A DNA stretch of 64,000 nt from Chamaesiphon sp. (GCA_965246715.1 CBDFFH010000002.1:272172-336171), one strand, 5' to 3'. Counted from the stretch's first letter, positions 12,991-22,962 are shown. Notes: generated from the sequence alone by a model not told the origin. Numbers and translations are program-made.

Positions 12991-13148
12991 TACTGTATTC
13001 TCAAGTACTACTTCGGCGGTACGCTAAATATTTACACCTGTGTCATCTCCACGAATGAAGGGAATAATAGGATTGTCCGGCACGATTGGCTGACCATTTT
13101 CAACGGCGATCGTGTTTCGGTTGTAGGTGCCAAAAGTTTCTCATACAT
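12991..13148 (-). pseudogene. icd: Isocitrate dehydrogenase (NADP) N-terminal remnant
   Basis: [12 protein letters not shown] / (frameshift) [39 protein letters not shown] matches the Icd N-terminus ([19 protein letters not shown]). Confidence 0.85.
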
Positions 13149-13398
13149 CTTTAGGAACTTTCCTGGTTGTATAGTTGTATGTGGGAATATATAGGTAGAT
13201 AAGCGATCGGACTACCCTGAGTCAGGCTCGATTGCAGATTAGCAATCTACAATTTGGGGGTTCCTGCTAAGTTAAAGGTGTTTGGCAAAGTATATATAAA
13301 TTCTTTATTCTCAAGGTAAATAACTTCGCAGCTCATTTTTTAATTCATATTTTTACTCTCTCGATCGGACAAATCGTTGTGACCCCAAGGATTCAAGC

Positions 13399-14130
13399 GT
13401 GAAAAAAATCTTATTAGTAGACGATGATAAAACCCTCCAAACCGTACTGACGCGATATTTAGAAAAGCGTGGTTACTCTGTACGGGTGGTAACTTCTGGA
13501 GTCCAGGGGTTAAAACTATTCGCGCAAGATCCACCAGATCTAGTCGTGTCAGACATTATGATGCCTGGAATGGATGGTTTGGAATTTTGCCGTCGTCTCC
13601 GTGCGACTAGACCCGGACAATTAGTACCATTTATCTTTTTAACTGCCAAAAAGGATCTTGAAGATCGGATTCAAGGTCACTATATCGGTGCGGATGACTA
13701 TATCACAAAACCGTTTGAGCCATTAGAACTGCTGGCTAAAATCGAAGCTCAACTCGAACGCTCGCGCCGGATTTATGCAGAGATGGTGCGGATGCTGCAA
13801 AAAAGTCCTGAAGATAGCGAATCAGGTGGCGACTATAGCGATAACTCCTCAGATACTCAAGCTAAAGATAAAGATGTCGAGCCACAAGAAGATCTGCCCT
13901 TGACTCCAGCCGAAGCGCGGGTATTCTGGGAAGTGATTCAAGGCTTAACCAATAAGCAAATCAGCCAACGACTATTTATCAGTCCCCGTACCGTTCAAAC
14001 TCACCTGAGTAATATTCTCACCAAGTTGAATTTGGAAAATCGATCGCAGCTAGTCCGGTTTGCGTTCGAGCATGGTTATCGTCCGCCGCAGACTCAAGAC
14101 GAGCAAAAAGCGGCTGAGGCTAGGGGATAA
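13399..14130 (+). CDS. NarL/LuxR-family response regulator
   Basis: Receiver (LVDDD, DIMMP, KPF) plus LTPAEARV...GLTNKQIS..LFISPRTVQTHLSNI HTH. Confidence 0.92.
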   Translation: MKKILLVDDDKTLQTVLTRYLEKRGYSVRVVTSGVQGLKLFAQDPPDLVVSDIMMPGMDGLEFCRRLRATRPGQLVPFIFLTAKKDLEDRIQGHYIGADDYITKPFEPLELLAKIEAQLERSRRIYAEMVRMLQKSPEDSESGGDYSDNSSDTQAKDKDVEPQEDLPLTPAEARVFWEVIQGLTNKQISQRLFISPRTVQTHLSNILTKLNLENRSQLVRFAFEHGYRPPQTQDEQKAAEARG

Positions 14131-14220
14131 AGAAGGAGTGTGGGAAAATAGGGAAGATCGCAACATCAGACACGAATGTCTTCTCCTACTCCCATTCTGC
14201 CAAGGATCTCGCCAAAATCC

Positions 14221-14926
14221 ATGACCATTGCCGAACGCATTATCGTCCCGCTCGACGTACCAAATTTGACCGCTGCGATCGAATTAATCGATCGATTGCC
14301 CGATGTAACCTTTTGGAAAGTCGGGCTAGAGTTATTTGTCAGTACTGGTGCCGAGATGATTCAGCTCCTCAAAAACCGCAATAAGCGCGTATTTCTGGAT
14401 TTAAAGTTTCATGATATCCCGAATACCGTCGCTGGAGCTTGTCGATCGGCAGCAACTTATGGCGTAGACTTGCTTACCGTCCACGCGACGGCAGGTAAAC
14501 CCGCGCTTACGGCTGCGATGGCGGCTGTCGCTGAAGGTGCTGCAGCAGCTGGGGGTAAATCCCCCACAAGTAGTCGCGATTACGCTGTTAACCAGTCTAA
14601 ATTCACGCGAACTCGCCTTTGACTTACATATTCCGCTAGAATTGCCCGAATATGCCCTCAAGATGGCGTTACTCGCCCAGGATAGTGGATTGAATGGTGT
14701 GGTGTGTTCGCCGCATGAGGTAGCCGATTTACGCCGTAGTTGTGGCGATGGTTTTATCTTTGTCTGTCCGGGGGTGCGTCCGACTTGGGCGGCAAAAGGG
14801 GATCAACAACGCACGCTGACACCCCAGCAGGCACTCGCCGCAGGTGCAGATTATCTAGTAATCGGGCGACCGATTACGGCAGATCCCGATCCGCAAGCGG
14901 CTTGGCAACGAATTATTAGTGAATGA
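14221..14926 (+). pseudogene. pyrF: Orotidine-5'-phosphate decarboxylase, split by a 1-bp frameshift in G5 at 14551-14555 (or a sequencing error)
   Basis: [11 protein letters not shown] in frame 1; ITLLTS...PGVRP...DQQR...VIGRPIT in frame 2; deleting one G restores one ORF. Confidence 0.9.
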
Positions 14927-15005
14927 TTCACTCACCCCGCCGAGGCGAGGAATTGGCAACAGGGTGATTTTTGATTCTTGAATAAACTTGTATCGATAAA
15001 AATTG

Positions 15006-15326
15006 ATGACAGAAGCATTGACAATTGCCTCACCTCAGATCGTCGCGGGATTTCATGCACTGTCGGAACCGATCCGGATTCGGACGATCGAGTATCTTCA
15101 ACAACGGGAGCTATGTGTCTGCGAACTCTGTGAGTTGTTGGGTGTCAGTCAATCCAAGCTATCGTTTCATCTCAAGGTACTTAAGTCGGCTGAATTAGTT
15201 CAGACTCGTCAAGAAGGGCGATGGATCTACTATCGGCTCAATCTGGTGCAGTTTGTGGTGTTAGAGCAATATTTATCTGAATATCGACGGTTTTCGCCGA
15301 TCTTGCCTGCGCGATCGTGTGACTAA
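15006..15326 (+). CDS. arsR: ArsR/SmtB-family repressor
   Basis: ELCVCEL, SQSKLSFHLKVL, RQEGRWIYY. Confidence 0.92.
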   Translation: MTEALTIASPQIVAGFHALSEPIRIRTIEYLQQRELCVCELCELLGVSQSKLSFHLKVLKSAELVQTRQEGRWIYYRLNLVQFVVLEQYLSEYRRFSPILPARSCD

Positions 15327-15346
15327 CAAATTCGATCGTAATTCAA

Positions 15347-15380
15347 ATCAAAAAAGATTGACATATCAATTTTTTTTGAT
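15347..15380 (+). promoter_or_regulatory. Tandem ArsR operators
   Basis: ATCAA-N6-TTGAC and ATCAA-N6-TTGAT, as in the Synechocystis arsBHC operator; overlaps TTGACA. Confidence 0.8.
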
Positions 15381-15405
15381 TTAATGGATATATCTGCTAC
15401 CTGCG

Positions 15406-16137
15406 ATGCTCTTTCGAGAGGCTATGCCAACGAGTGTGAATAAATCAAGGCGAATTTTACCGATCGCGCGCGAGGTAGTTGCTGAAGCTGGAGGGACATT
15501 TATCCTGGTATTCATCGGTACCGGAGCGGTAATGGTCAACCAAATCAGTCAGGGTGCGATTACTCATCTGGGGATTAGCATGGTCTTTGGGGCGATCGTC
15601 GCAGCTTTGATTTATGCGCTCGGACATATCAGCGGTGCCCATTTCAACCCAGCGGTAACTCTGGCGTTCTGGCGCAGTGGGTTCTTTCCTGGCGATCGAG
15701 TGGTGGCATATATTCTGGCACAATGTGTTGGCGCGATCGCCGCTTCATTATTACTGAAATCGACATTTGGCACCATTGCCAATCTTGGAGCCACACTACC
15801 CCTGAATGGTAACTGGCATCAATCGCTAATTCTGGAAACAGTTTTAACTTTTATCCTGATGTTTATCATCTTTGGTTCGGGACTCGATCGACGTGCGCCG
15901 ATTGGGTTTGCGGGGATCTCGATCGGGCTGACGGTGGCGGTAGCAGCGGCAGTAATGGGGCCGATTACTGGTGCGAGTATGAATCCGGCTCGATCGATCG
16001 GGCCGGCTTTAGTCGCTGGATTATGGCAGCATCATTGGGTCTATTGGGTGGCACCGATTTTGGGGGCGCAACTGGCGGTAGTGGTTTATCGCTGGCTGTC
16101 GAATGATTTTCGAGATTGCGTGCGGGATGTTAATTAG
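15406..16137 (+). CDS. MIP-family aquaglyceroporin (AqpS-like arsenite channel)
   Basis: HISGAHFNPAVT and GASMNPARS motifs; inside the ars cluster. Confidence 0.92.
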   Translation: MLFREAMPTSVNKSRRILPIAREVVAEAGGTFILVFIGTGAVMVNQISQGAITHLGISMVFGAIVAALIYALGHISGAHFNPAVTLAFWRSGFFPGDRVVAYILAQCVGAIAASLLLKSTFGTIANLGATLPLNGNWHQSLILETVLTFILMFIIFGSGLDRRAPIGFAGISIGLTVAVAAAVMGPITGASMNPARSIGPALVAGLWQHHWVYWVAPILGAQLAVVVYRWLSNDFRDCVRDVN

Positions 16138-16150
16138 GGATCTGGATAAT

Positions 16151-16543
16151 ATGAAAAGAGTGATGTTTGTGTGTAAGAAAAACTCGGCTCGATCGCAGAT
16201 GGCGGAAGGGTTTGCAAAGAGTTTGGGGAATGGAAAGATTGCCGTGACTAGTTCGGGATTAGAAGCGAGTCAAGTCAATCCGATCGCGATTCAGGTGATG
16301 AAGGATGTGGGCATCGATATTAGTGGTCAAACATCCAATCCATTAAGCGATTTTCAGCCCACTGACTTTGATGTGGTAATTTCATTATGTGGCTGTGGAG
16401 TCAATCTACCGCCAGACTGGGTAACACAGGAAGTATTTGAAGATTGGCAATTAGACGATCCCGCCGAACAGCCAGAAATCTTTCCGAGAGTGCGCGATGA
16501 AGTTAGAGGACGGGTAGAGAAATTAATCAGATCGATCTCCTAA
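16151..16543 (+). CDS. arsC: Arsenate reductase, cyanobacterial LMW-PTP-fold type
   Basis: FVCKKNSARSQMAEG (CX5R), SLCGCG, WQLDDP. Confidence 0.92.
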   Translation: MKRVMFVCKKNSARSQMAEGFAKSLGNGKIAVTSSGLEASQVNPIAIQVMKDVGIDISGQTSNPLSDFQPTDFDVVISLCGCGVNLPPDWVTQEVFEDWQLDDPAEQPEIFPRVRDEVRGRVEKLIRSIS

Positions 16544-16600
16544 ATTATGGCTAAAATTGGATACTTTTAACTCACTCGATCGAAATTAACTATCCCCGAT

Positions 16601-17242
16601 ATGACTCACCCACCCAGAATTTTATTCTTATACGGTTCCCTGCGAGAACGTTCGTACAGTCGATTATTAGCCGAAGAAGCAGCACGGATTATTCAAGAAT
16701 TTGGAGCAGAAGTGAAATTCTTTGACTCTCGCGAATTGCCATTGCATGGGAGCGTTCCCGATACTCATCCCAAGGTGCAGGAACTGCGAGAATTGAGTCT
16801 GTGGTCGGAAGGGCAAGTTTGGTCGAGTCCGGAACTGCACGGACAAATTACTGGCGTGCTAAAAAATCAAATCGATTGGATCCCGTTGAGTATCGGTGCG
16901 GTCAGACCGACACAGGGTAAGACTTTGGCTGTGATGCAAGTATCTGGCGGTTCGCAGTCATTTAATGCACTGAATACGCTGCGGCTGTTGGGTCGCTGGA
17001 TGCGGATGTTTACGATTCCCAATCAATCTTCAGTAGCAAAGGCTTATCAGGAGTTTCATGAGGATGGGACGATGAAGGATTCGGCTTATCGAGATCGAGT
17101 GGTAGATGTGATGGAGGAGCTGTACAAGTTTACGTTGCTACTCCGAGATAAAGTAGATTATTTAACCGATCGATATAGCGAACGCAAAGAAGCAGAACTA
17201 AAACAGCAAGCTGCTAACAGCGTAAAATTAGAAAGTATTTAG
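16601..17242 (+). CDS. arsH: Arsenical resistance flavoprotein ArsH
   Basis: [43 protein letters not shown]. Confidence 0.96.
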   Translation: MTHPPRILFLYGSLRERSYSRLLAEEAARIIQEFGAEVKFFDSRELPLHGSVPDTHPKVQELRELSLWSEGQVWSSPELHGQITGVLKNQIDWIPLSIGAVRPTQGKTLAVMQVSGGSQSFNALNTLRLLGRWMRMFTIPNQSSVAKAYQEFHEDGTMKDSAYRDRVVDVMEELYKFTLLLRDKVDYLTDRYSERKEAELKQQAANSVKLESI

Positions 17243-17269
17243 TACGATGCTCTGGCATGAGATCGCAAT

Positions 17270-17596
17270 ATGGCAAAAGATAATAACAAGATCGCTTACC
17301 GCGAATTTGGTGACGAAGAACCAGATCGCGAAATTACCGAAGATTTACCACCCAACCAGCACAGCCTGAAAATTCAAGTTTCGCGCAAAGGGAAAGGTGG
17401 GAAGACAGTCACGATCGTTAGTGGTTTTCAGGTATCTTTAGAAACGCTGGCAACCCTTACCAAACAACTCAAAAACCAGTGCGGAACTGGTGGCACGAGT
17501 AAGGAAACCGAAATTGAAATCCAAGGCGACCACCGCCAGAAGTTATTCGAGATGCTCACTAAGTTGGGTTACAAGGCTAAATTGAGTGGTGGTTGA
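17270..17596 (+). CDS. yciH: SUI1/YciH translation initiation factor family
   Basis: RKGKGGKTVT, LKNQCGTGG, IEIQGDHR. Confidence 0.9.
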   Translation: MAKDNNKIAYREFGDEEPDREITEDLPPNQHSLKIQVSRKGKGGKTVTIVSGFQVSLETLATLTKQLKNQCGTGGTSKETEIEIQGDHRQKLFEMLTKLGYKAKLSGG

Positions 17597-18105
17597 GTCA
17601 ACGATCTCTCCATGTACAGCCAATAGGCTTGACGATCGATCGGAATTTTAGTACCGGGATAGGGTAAAATTTCCACGAATCCATAGTCAGCATACAGTTG
17701 ATGGGCGGCGCTAGCAAAGCGGGGCGTATCTAGTCGCATCTTGCTGTAGTTGGCAGTCTGCGCGATGGAAATTAATCGATCGAGTAATCCGCTGGCTACT
17801 CCCTGGCGGCGATATGTAGGTCTGACATACATCCGACAGAGTTCGCAGATCTGCGCATCCAGTTTTCTAATTGCTGCACAGCCGACGATGCGATCGTCAA
17901 TTTGGGCGAGTAATAACGCGCCAGCGGGAGGAGTATAAAGTGCTGCTAATGCTGCATCGGTGAGTTCGCGATCGATCGTATTCGGGACATCGATCGTGAC
18001 AGCATATTCAGACTGAGCCAATTCCTTGGCCGATTCTAGATGCTCGGTAAATAATTCTTGGAGCGTTGGTAAGTAGATTGGGTGATAAGGAATTAGATCG
18101 AGCAT
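17569..18105 (-). CDS. GNAT-family acetyltransferase
   Basis: CELCRMYVRPTYRRQGVA acetyl-CoA motif, LYADYGF; likely ATG at 18105. Confidence 0.85.
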   Translation of the reverse strand: MLDLIPYHPIYLPTLQELFTEHLESAKELAQSEYAVTIDVPNTIDRELTDAALAALYTPPAGALLLAQIDDRIVGCAAIRKLDAQICELCRMYVRPTYRRQGVASGLLDRLISIAQTANYSKMRLDTPRFASAAHQLYADYGFVEILPYPGTKIPIDRQAYWLYMERSLTQPPLNLAL

Positions 18106-18186
18106 GACGGAAAGCGATCGAAATTGTTCGAGCTTTATTTTCGCACTTTCGATCGGGGAAGTCGAACCAATTACCAATCACAAAAA

Positions 18187-19275
18187 TTATTTATTCAAAT
18201 AACCTTGAATAAAGCAATCTGTTCCGATTTGTTGCCAAGTTACTCGCTCTAAAACGATCGCTTTATCCATCGATCGAATCCCCAGATCCCCAACTGGAGA
18301 CGGTGCGATACTACCGCCAACAATTTTAGGAGCGACAAATGCTAAAACTTTCTGAATAGCTCCATCGGCAATCGCACTAGCGGCGAGAGTCCCGCCACAC
18401 TCCCATAATACCGACAGAAACCCACGATCGTACAAATGTTTCATCACCGCTGACGGTTTGAGCACATCTAATTCGAGGATCTGTACCCCTCGATCGCGCA
18501 ATCGGTTCTGCATGTCAGGATTTGCCCCCGTCTGGGTGACAACTAAAGTTGGCGCGACACTCGTATCCCATAAAATCGCCTCTGTCGGTACGTCTAAATT
18601 TTGCGTCATTACTACACGCAAGGGGTTATGGGTATCTGCTTGATGGCTGGTGAGGTGCGGATTGTCTCGACGTAAAGTATTGCCGCCAACAATTACAGCA
18701 TCGCAACCCGCGCGGAGATGGTGTACGTATTGGCGAGAGGCTTCGCTACTTACCCAAGTACTATGACCGCTATCGGTGGCAATTTTACCATCTAGTGTCA
18801 TTGCATATTTTAAAATTCCTTGAGGACGCTGGTGGACGATCCGTTGGATAAAGCCTTCAATTAGTTCCTCGCAAGCTGCGGCTTCGACTCCTACAACTAC
18901 TTCTATTCCCGCACGTTCGAGCGTTGCAATCCCACCACCTGCAACTAGGGGGTTAGGATCTACCATTCCCACTACTACTTTTTTTATCCCCGCAGCAACT
19001 ACCGCCCCCGAGCAAGGGGGAGTTCTGCCGTAATGATTGCAGGGTTCGAGCGTAACATATATCGTCGCTCCATGTGCCCTAATGCCTGCCGCACGCAAGG
19101 CAAATACTTCCGCATGTGGCTGTCCCGCGCCAGGATGGAAGCCTTCACCGATAATTTCCCCATCTTTGACAACTACAGCACCCACCAGCGGATTGGGGGC
19201 GGTTTTGCCCCAAGCTTGTTTGGCGAGAGTCAGACATCTTTGCATCATCTCGCGATCGAATTCTGTAGATTGCAT
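18187..19275 (-). CDS. ribD: Riboflavin biosynthesis deaminase/reductase
   Basis: PNPLVG, HAE, TLEPCNHYGRTPPC, TLDGKIAT, ECGG. Confidence 0.96.
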   Translation of the reverse strand: MQSTEFDREMMQRCLTLAKQAWGKTAPNPLVGAVVVKDGEIIGEGFHPGAGQPHAEVFALRAAGIRAHGATIYVTLEPCNHYGRTPPCSGAVVAAGIKKVVVGMVDPNPLVAGGGIATLERAGIEVVVGVEAAACEELIEGFIQRIVHQRPQGILKYAMTLDGKIATDSGHSTWVSSEASRQYVHHLRAGCDAVIVGGNTLRRDNPHLTSHQADTHNPLRVVMTQNLDVPTEAILWDTSVAPTLVVTQTGANPDMQNRLRDRGVQILELDVLKPSAVMKHLYDRGFLSVLWECGGTLAASAIADGAIQKVLAFVAPKIVGGSIAPSPVGDLGIRSMDKAIVLERVTWQQIGTDCFIQGYLNK

Positions 19276-19342
19276 AAGTAGGGATTGGCGATTAGGAATG
19301 GGGAAGCGCTATGCAGATCTAACACTTACCGTTTAAATTTTA

Positions 19343-19392
19343 ACCCCTAACCCCTATTCCCTATTCCCCTATCCCGTATCCCCTATCCCCTA
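19343..19392. repeat. STRR-type short tandem repeats (CCCTATC/CCCTATT)
   Basis: About six degenerate heptamers between ribD and the HAD gene. Confidence 0.6.
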
Positions 19393-19498
19393 CTATAAGT
19401 TTTATTAATCACTAGATCGGATTTACACCAGTGACAACTTATCAAGAAACTGTTATTGTAAAGAAATATTGCGTAACTAATATCTCTGGTAGAAATTT

Positions 19499-20275
19499 AT
19501 GGCAGGTTCCCCACGTAGCTTGGCCAAGCAAACTACTGTATTTTGTGACTTTGATGGGCCAGTGGTAGATGTATCTGACCGATATTACCGTACCTACCAG
19601 ATGGCATTGGCCGATACCGATCGATTTTACCGCGAGTTCTCGCCACAGTTGCGCGTAGAGCAACAACTCCCATCGCCAGTGTTGAGTAAAGACCAATTTT
19701 GGCAGATGAAACAAAATCGCATCCCCGATCGCGATATTGCTAGCAAGTCAGGATTGACCGATGAAACGATCGATTTTTTTATGGCGCGAGTCGTCAAAAT
19801 TGTCAATCGTCCAGAATTGCTGCAACTAGATAAGCTCCAACCTGGAGTCACTTGGGCGCTAAATTTCCTGAAAACCAATGGTGTTAAGCTGATCTTGGTG
19901 ACGTTGCGCGATCGATTGGAAGCTACGAGTATTTTAGAGCAACATGGGCTTAGGAACCTGTTTACAGGTATCTACGGTACCGATGATAGTGGGGTCGCTT
20001 ACCAGAACTACGCTGAAATCAAAACCGAATTACTCGATCGAGCGATGCGGGAGCATTTACCAGCTACCGCAAATCCCCAGGACAGTTGGATGGTCGGCGA
20101 TACCGAAGCTGATATCCTCGCGGGTAGAACGATGGGAATTCCGACGATTGGTTTGACTTGTGGGATTAGGAGCCATCGCCAACTTAGCGAGCTGCAACCA
20201 ACATCGATCGAACCCGATCTCCTCTCTGCCGCACATCGAGTGATGGGAATGAGTTGTCTGCAAGTGTGTGGCTAG
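19499..20275 (+). CDS. HAD-superfamily hydrolase
   Basis: CDFDGP motif I, WMVGDTEADI motif IV. Confidence 0.9.
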   Translation: MAGSPRSLAKQTTVFCDFDGPVVDVSDRYYRTYQMALADTDRFYREFSPQLRVEQQLPSPVLSKDQFWQMKQNRIPDRDIASKSGLTDETIDFFMARVVKIVNRPELLQLDKLQPGVTWALNFLKTNGVKLILVTLRDRLEATSILEQHGLRNLFTGIYGTDDSGVAYQNYAEIKTELLDRAMREHLPATANPQDSWMVGDTEADILAGRTMGIPTIGLTCGIRSHRQLSELQPTSIEPDLLSAAHRVMGMSCLQVCG

Positions 20276-20380
20276 CTAGCGATTGAAATCGCTGCTGAAT
20301 TTAACCCGCATCGGTGGGTTTCGATCGTCTAGGTGCGGTTTTAACCGTTAGCGACGATTAGCGCCTCAGCAACTTAGCGG

Positions 20381-20454
20381 TTGCACCTCGATCGGTCAAT
20401 TTGTTACCGTTTTAGCTCATCCAGAGCGGTGAAATCAAGCGATCGAGGTAGCAA
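20381..20454 (+). ncRNA. Candidate retron ncRNA hairpin directly upstream of the RT
   Basis: TTGCACCTCGATCG / CGATCGAGGTAGCAA outer stem and TTACCGTTTT / AGAGCGGTGA inner stem. Confidence 0.4.
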
Positions 20455-20458
20455 AAGT

Positions 20459-21520
20459 ATGACAAATAGGCTCGACAGCTCGTACTCAGATAGTGGAGAT
20501 CCTTCTAAGCTGCAACTGCGCGGCTTGCCATTTTGTAATAACGGGGCAGAAATAGCCATCGAAATGGGGATAAGCCTGGGCAAGTTGCAATTTTTGACGT
20601 TAAAAAATCCCGCTTTACCAAACACCCATTATTCTCACTTCTCCATTCTCAAAAATAATGGCGAAACCCGAATTATTTCTGCACCCATTCCTAGTCTCAA
20701 AGATGCTCAGACTTGGATTCTGCGGCGAGTTTTAGATAAGCTCGAAGTTCATGATGCCGCACATGGATTTTATCGCCAGCGATCGATCGTCACCAATGCC
20801 CAACCGCATGTCGGTAAAGATATAATCGTCAAAATCGACCTTCAAGATTTCTTTGGCTCGATCGATTATCGCCGTGTCAAATCGGTATTTACAGCTATCG
20901 GTTATAACGAAACTGTGGCAGATATTTTTAGCTTATTATGTACGGCACGAGTAGTTAGAAACATCGAACGAGACGGAGAAATTATATTCAGTAACAACCG
21001 CAAACGTTGCTTACCTCAAGGCGCAGCTACCAGCCCAGCTTTATCAAATATCTTTTGTCATTCACTAGATCGCGACTTAACTCAAATTGCCCAGGCGCTG
21101 AAATTCACGTATACTCGCTACGCTGACGATCTGACCTTTTCTGGAGATCGAATTGCTGCTACCAAAGTCGATCGATTAGTCGATCGGCTGCACGCGATAA
21201 TCGATCGAGAGGGATTTAAAATCAATCCCGATAAAACCCAAATTCTCGGTCGAGGACAACAGCAGCAAGTAACAGGAATCGTTGTCAATCAAAAATTAAA
21301 CATCTCCAAACGGAAACTTGATACTTTTCGGGCTACTTTATATCAAATAGAGCGCGATGGATTGGCTGGTAAAAAATGGGGTAATTCGCCAGATGTATTC
21401 GCGGCAATTACTGGATATGCTAACTATATAGCGATGGTAAATCCAAGTAGAGGGAAAGAATTACTGATGTCGATCGATCTCATCAAACAGAAATATCAGA
21501 TTGAATCCCCAAAATATTAG
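20459..21520 (+). CDS. Retron-type reverse transcriptase (Mx65/Mx162-like)
   Basis: AHGF...SIVTNAQPH (region X NAxxH), IDLQDFF, LPQGAATSP, YTRYADDLTFSG, QQVTGIVVN (region Y VTG). Confidence 0.9.
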   Translation: MTNRLDSSYSDSGDPSKLQLRGLPFCNNGAEIAIEMGISLGKLQFLTLKNPALPNTHYSHFSILKNNGETRIISAPIPSLKDAQTWILRRVLDKLEVHDAAHGFYRQRSIVTNAQPHVGKDIIVKIDLQDFFGSIDYRRVKSVFTAIGYNETVADIFSLLCTARVVRNIERDGEIIFSNNRKRCLPQGAATSPALSNIFCHSLDRDLTQIAQALKFTYTRYADDLTFSGDRIAATKVDRLVDRLHAIIDREGFKINPDKTQILGRGQQQQVTGIVVNQKLNISKRKLDTFRATLYQIERDGLAGKKWGNSPDVFAAITGYANYIAMVNPSRGKELLMSIDLIKQKYQIESPKY

Positions 21521-21533
21521 AAATATCGGTAAT

Positions 21534-22763
21534 CTCACATCTTGCACCAGAATATAAGTACTAGATTTAGATCGAGACTAATTCCAAGGCAAGACCCTGC
21601 GAGAGCAGAAAGTCTCGCTTCCGATCGATTTCTACTAAAAGTAAACTCACTGCGATCTGTGGCATTAACTGTTGAAGTGCCAGCTCAGATTCCTGTCTCC
21701 ACTCAGGCGGAAGGCTTACGTTTGAGGATAAATAGACCCAGTGGGTGAGTACAAAACTAATAAAGCTCAGAAGCAGCCAACGGTATACACCTAAAAGTGT
21801 TTGTTGACCGAAGCTAGCCAGCCCAAATCGATATTTAGCAGTCTTGAAAAATCCTTCAATTGCCCATCGACGACTGCCCCACCAAGCAATCGTACTGCCT
21901 TTAAGAGCGCGGGTCGAAATCACAAATCTTTTCTCCAACTTACCATCCCGTTTTAAGTAGAACCAGGAAGCCGTAACCACGCCCTCTAAACCTGATAGCT
22001 TAACTTGTTGACCCTTCTTGCCTAGCATCTTCATCTGTCTCCCATCTGCCAGTTTCCGGTTATTCGGTATACCAACAATTGCTTGATGACGAAGTTTTTT
22101 GACCCCGTTGAGGAATTCGACACTACTAAATCCAGTATCGGCTAATACTTGGACTCGAAAGCGGTAAGTGAGTTTCTTGGGCAAGGTGCGGAGCAATTTT
22201 AGCCCCAATTGAGCAGGAGTAGTTGTGCCTTTACCACGCCAGGAACGGAACGCCCAAGGTATTCTCCACTGTCCAACGACTAAGTACAGTACAACCAAAT
22301 GCAGTCCTCGCTTACCGTTGAGAATATGTATCAACGTTGCAAATGCTTTGAATTTCCCCCTTTTCTCCAATGTAGTCAGATCGATAATTACCTGCAAGTA
22401 AGGTCTTTGTCCTTTGGCTGTGTAATTACTCAACTGTTTCAAAATATGTTGGCGAGTCGTACGAATCACGGCTCTGGTTGGCCACCCATATTCATTGAAA
22501 AATCTGCTCAAAGCCGCAGGTGATTTAATCACCCCATGTTCTGGTAACATTTGACCATTCTTAGGTTCCATAAATAGAGCGAAACTAGCTTGGAGACTAA
22601 GTTTCTGATAGGGACTGGGCATCAGCTCTAACAACGTGTAGAGTATTAATTGGGCGTACGGGAGAATGGTATTCACTGTTCTCATCAATGTTTTTACACG
22701 CCCTTTTTCTCATATTTTGACTCCTGCGAAAATCAGTTGTTATGTACTGGTGCAAGATGTGAG
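21534..22763 (-). mobile_element. IS701-like insertion sequence
   Basis: 17-bp TIRs CTCACATCTTGCACCAG / CTGGTGCAAGATGTGAG; 4-bp TSD TAAT (21530-33, 22764-67). Confidence 0.88.
21567..22688 (-). CDS. DDE transposase (IS701/IS4-like)
   Basis: IIDLTTLEK, LADTGF, RWAIEGFFKTAK. Confidence 0.88.
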   Translation of the reverse strand: MMRTVNTILPYAQLILYTLLELMPSPYQKLSLQASFALFMEPKNGQMLPEHGVIKSPAALSRFFNEYGWPTRAVIRTTRQHILKQLSNYTAKGQRPYLQVIIDLTTLEKRGKFKAFATLIHILNGKRGLHLVVLYLVVGQWRIPWAFRSWRGKGTTTPAQLGLKLLRTLPKKLTYRFRVQVLADTGFSSVEFLNGVKKLRHQAIVGIPNNRKLADGRQMKMLGKKGQQVKLSGLEGVVTASWFYLKRDGKLEKRFVISTRALKGSTIAWWGSRRWAIEGFFKTAKYRFGLASFGQQTLLGVYRWLLLSFISFVLTHWVYLSSNVSLPPEWRQESELALQQLMPQIAVSLLLVEIDRKRDFLLSQGLALELVSI

Positions 22764-22962
22764 TAATTCTACGATTGTCATCATTTCTACTTGTGTTAAA
22801 TTTTAAGTGGAATAGTCACAAAATATCGAAACTATAGTTTGGGTTCTAACCACCCAACTGGTGCGCCAACTTTTAGAGTGAGCGTATGCCGTTTTTGTGT
22901 TTTTGCTATTTCGACGTTTGATTGGCTCGATCGTAAAACAATCGATGTCTACCTCAAACACC

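Noticed and set aside
14540..14570. Programmed ribosomal frameshift in pyrF
   Set aside because: No recognised slippery site or stimulatory structure; a homopolymer indel is simpler
20277..20372. Multi-stem region upstream of the RT as the retron msr
   Set aside because: GCGATTGAAATCGC...AACCCGC..GTGGGTT...GCGGTTTTAACCG resembles the dispersed cyanobacterial palindromic repeat also seen inside the MITEs (CGATTT/CAATCG); no convincing a1/a2 pair encloses it
20459..21520. RT as group II intron or DGR
   Set aside because: Has retron NAxxH/VTG motifs, no maturase or endonuclease domain, no intron domain V, and no TR/VR repeat pair found
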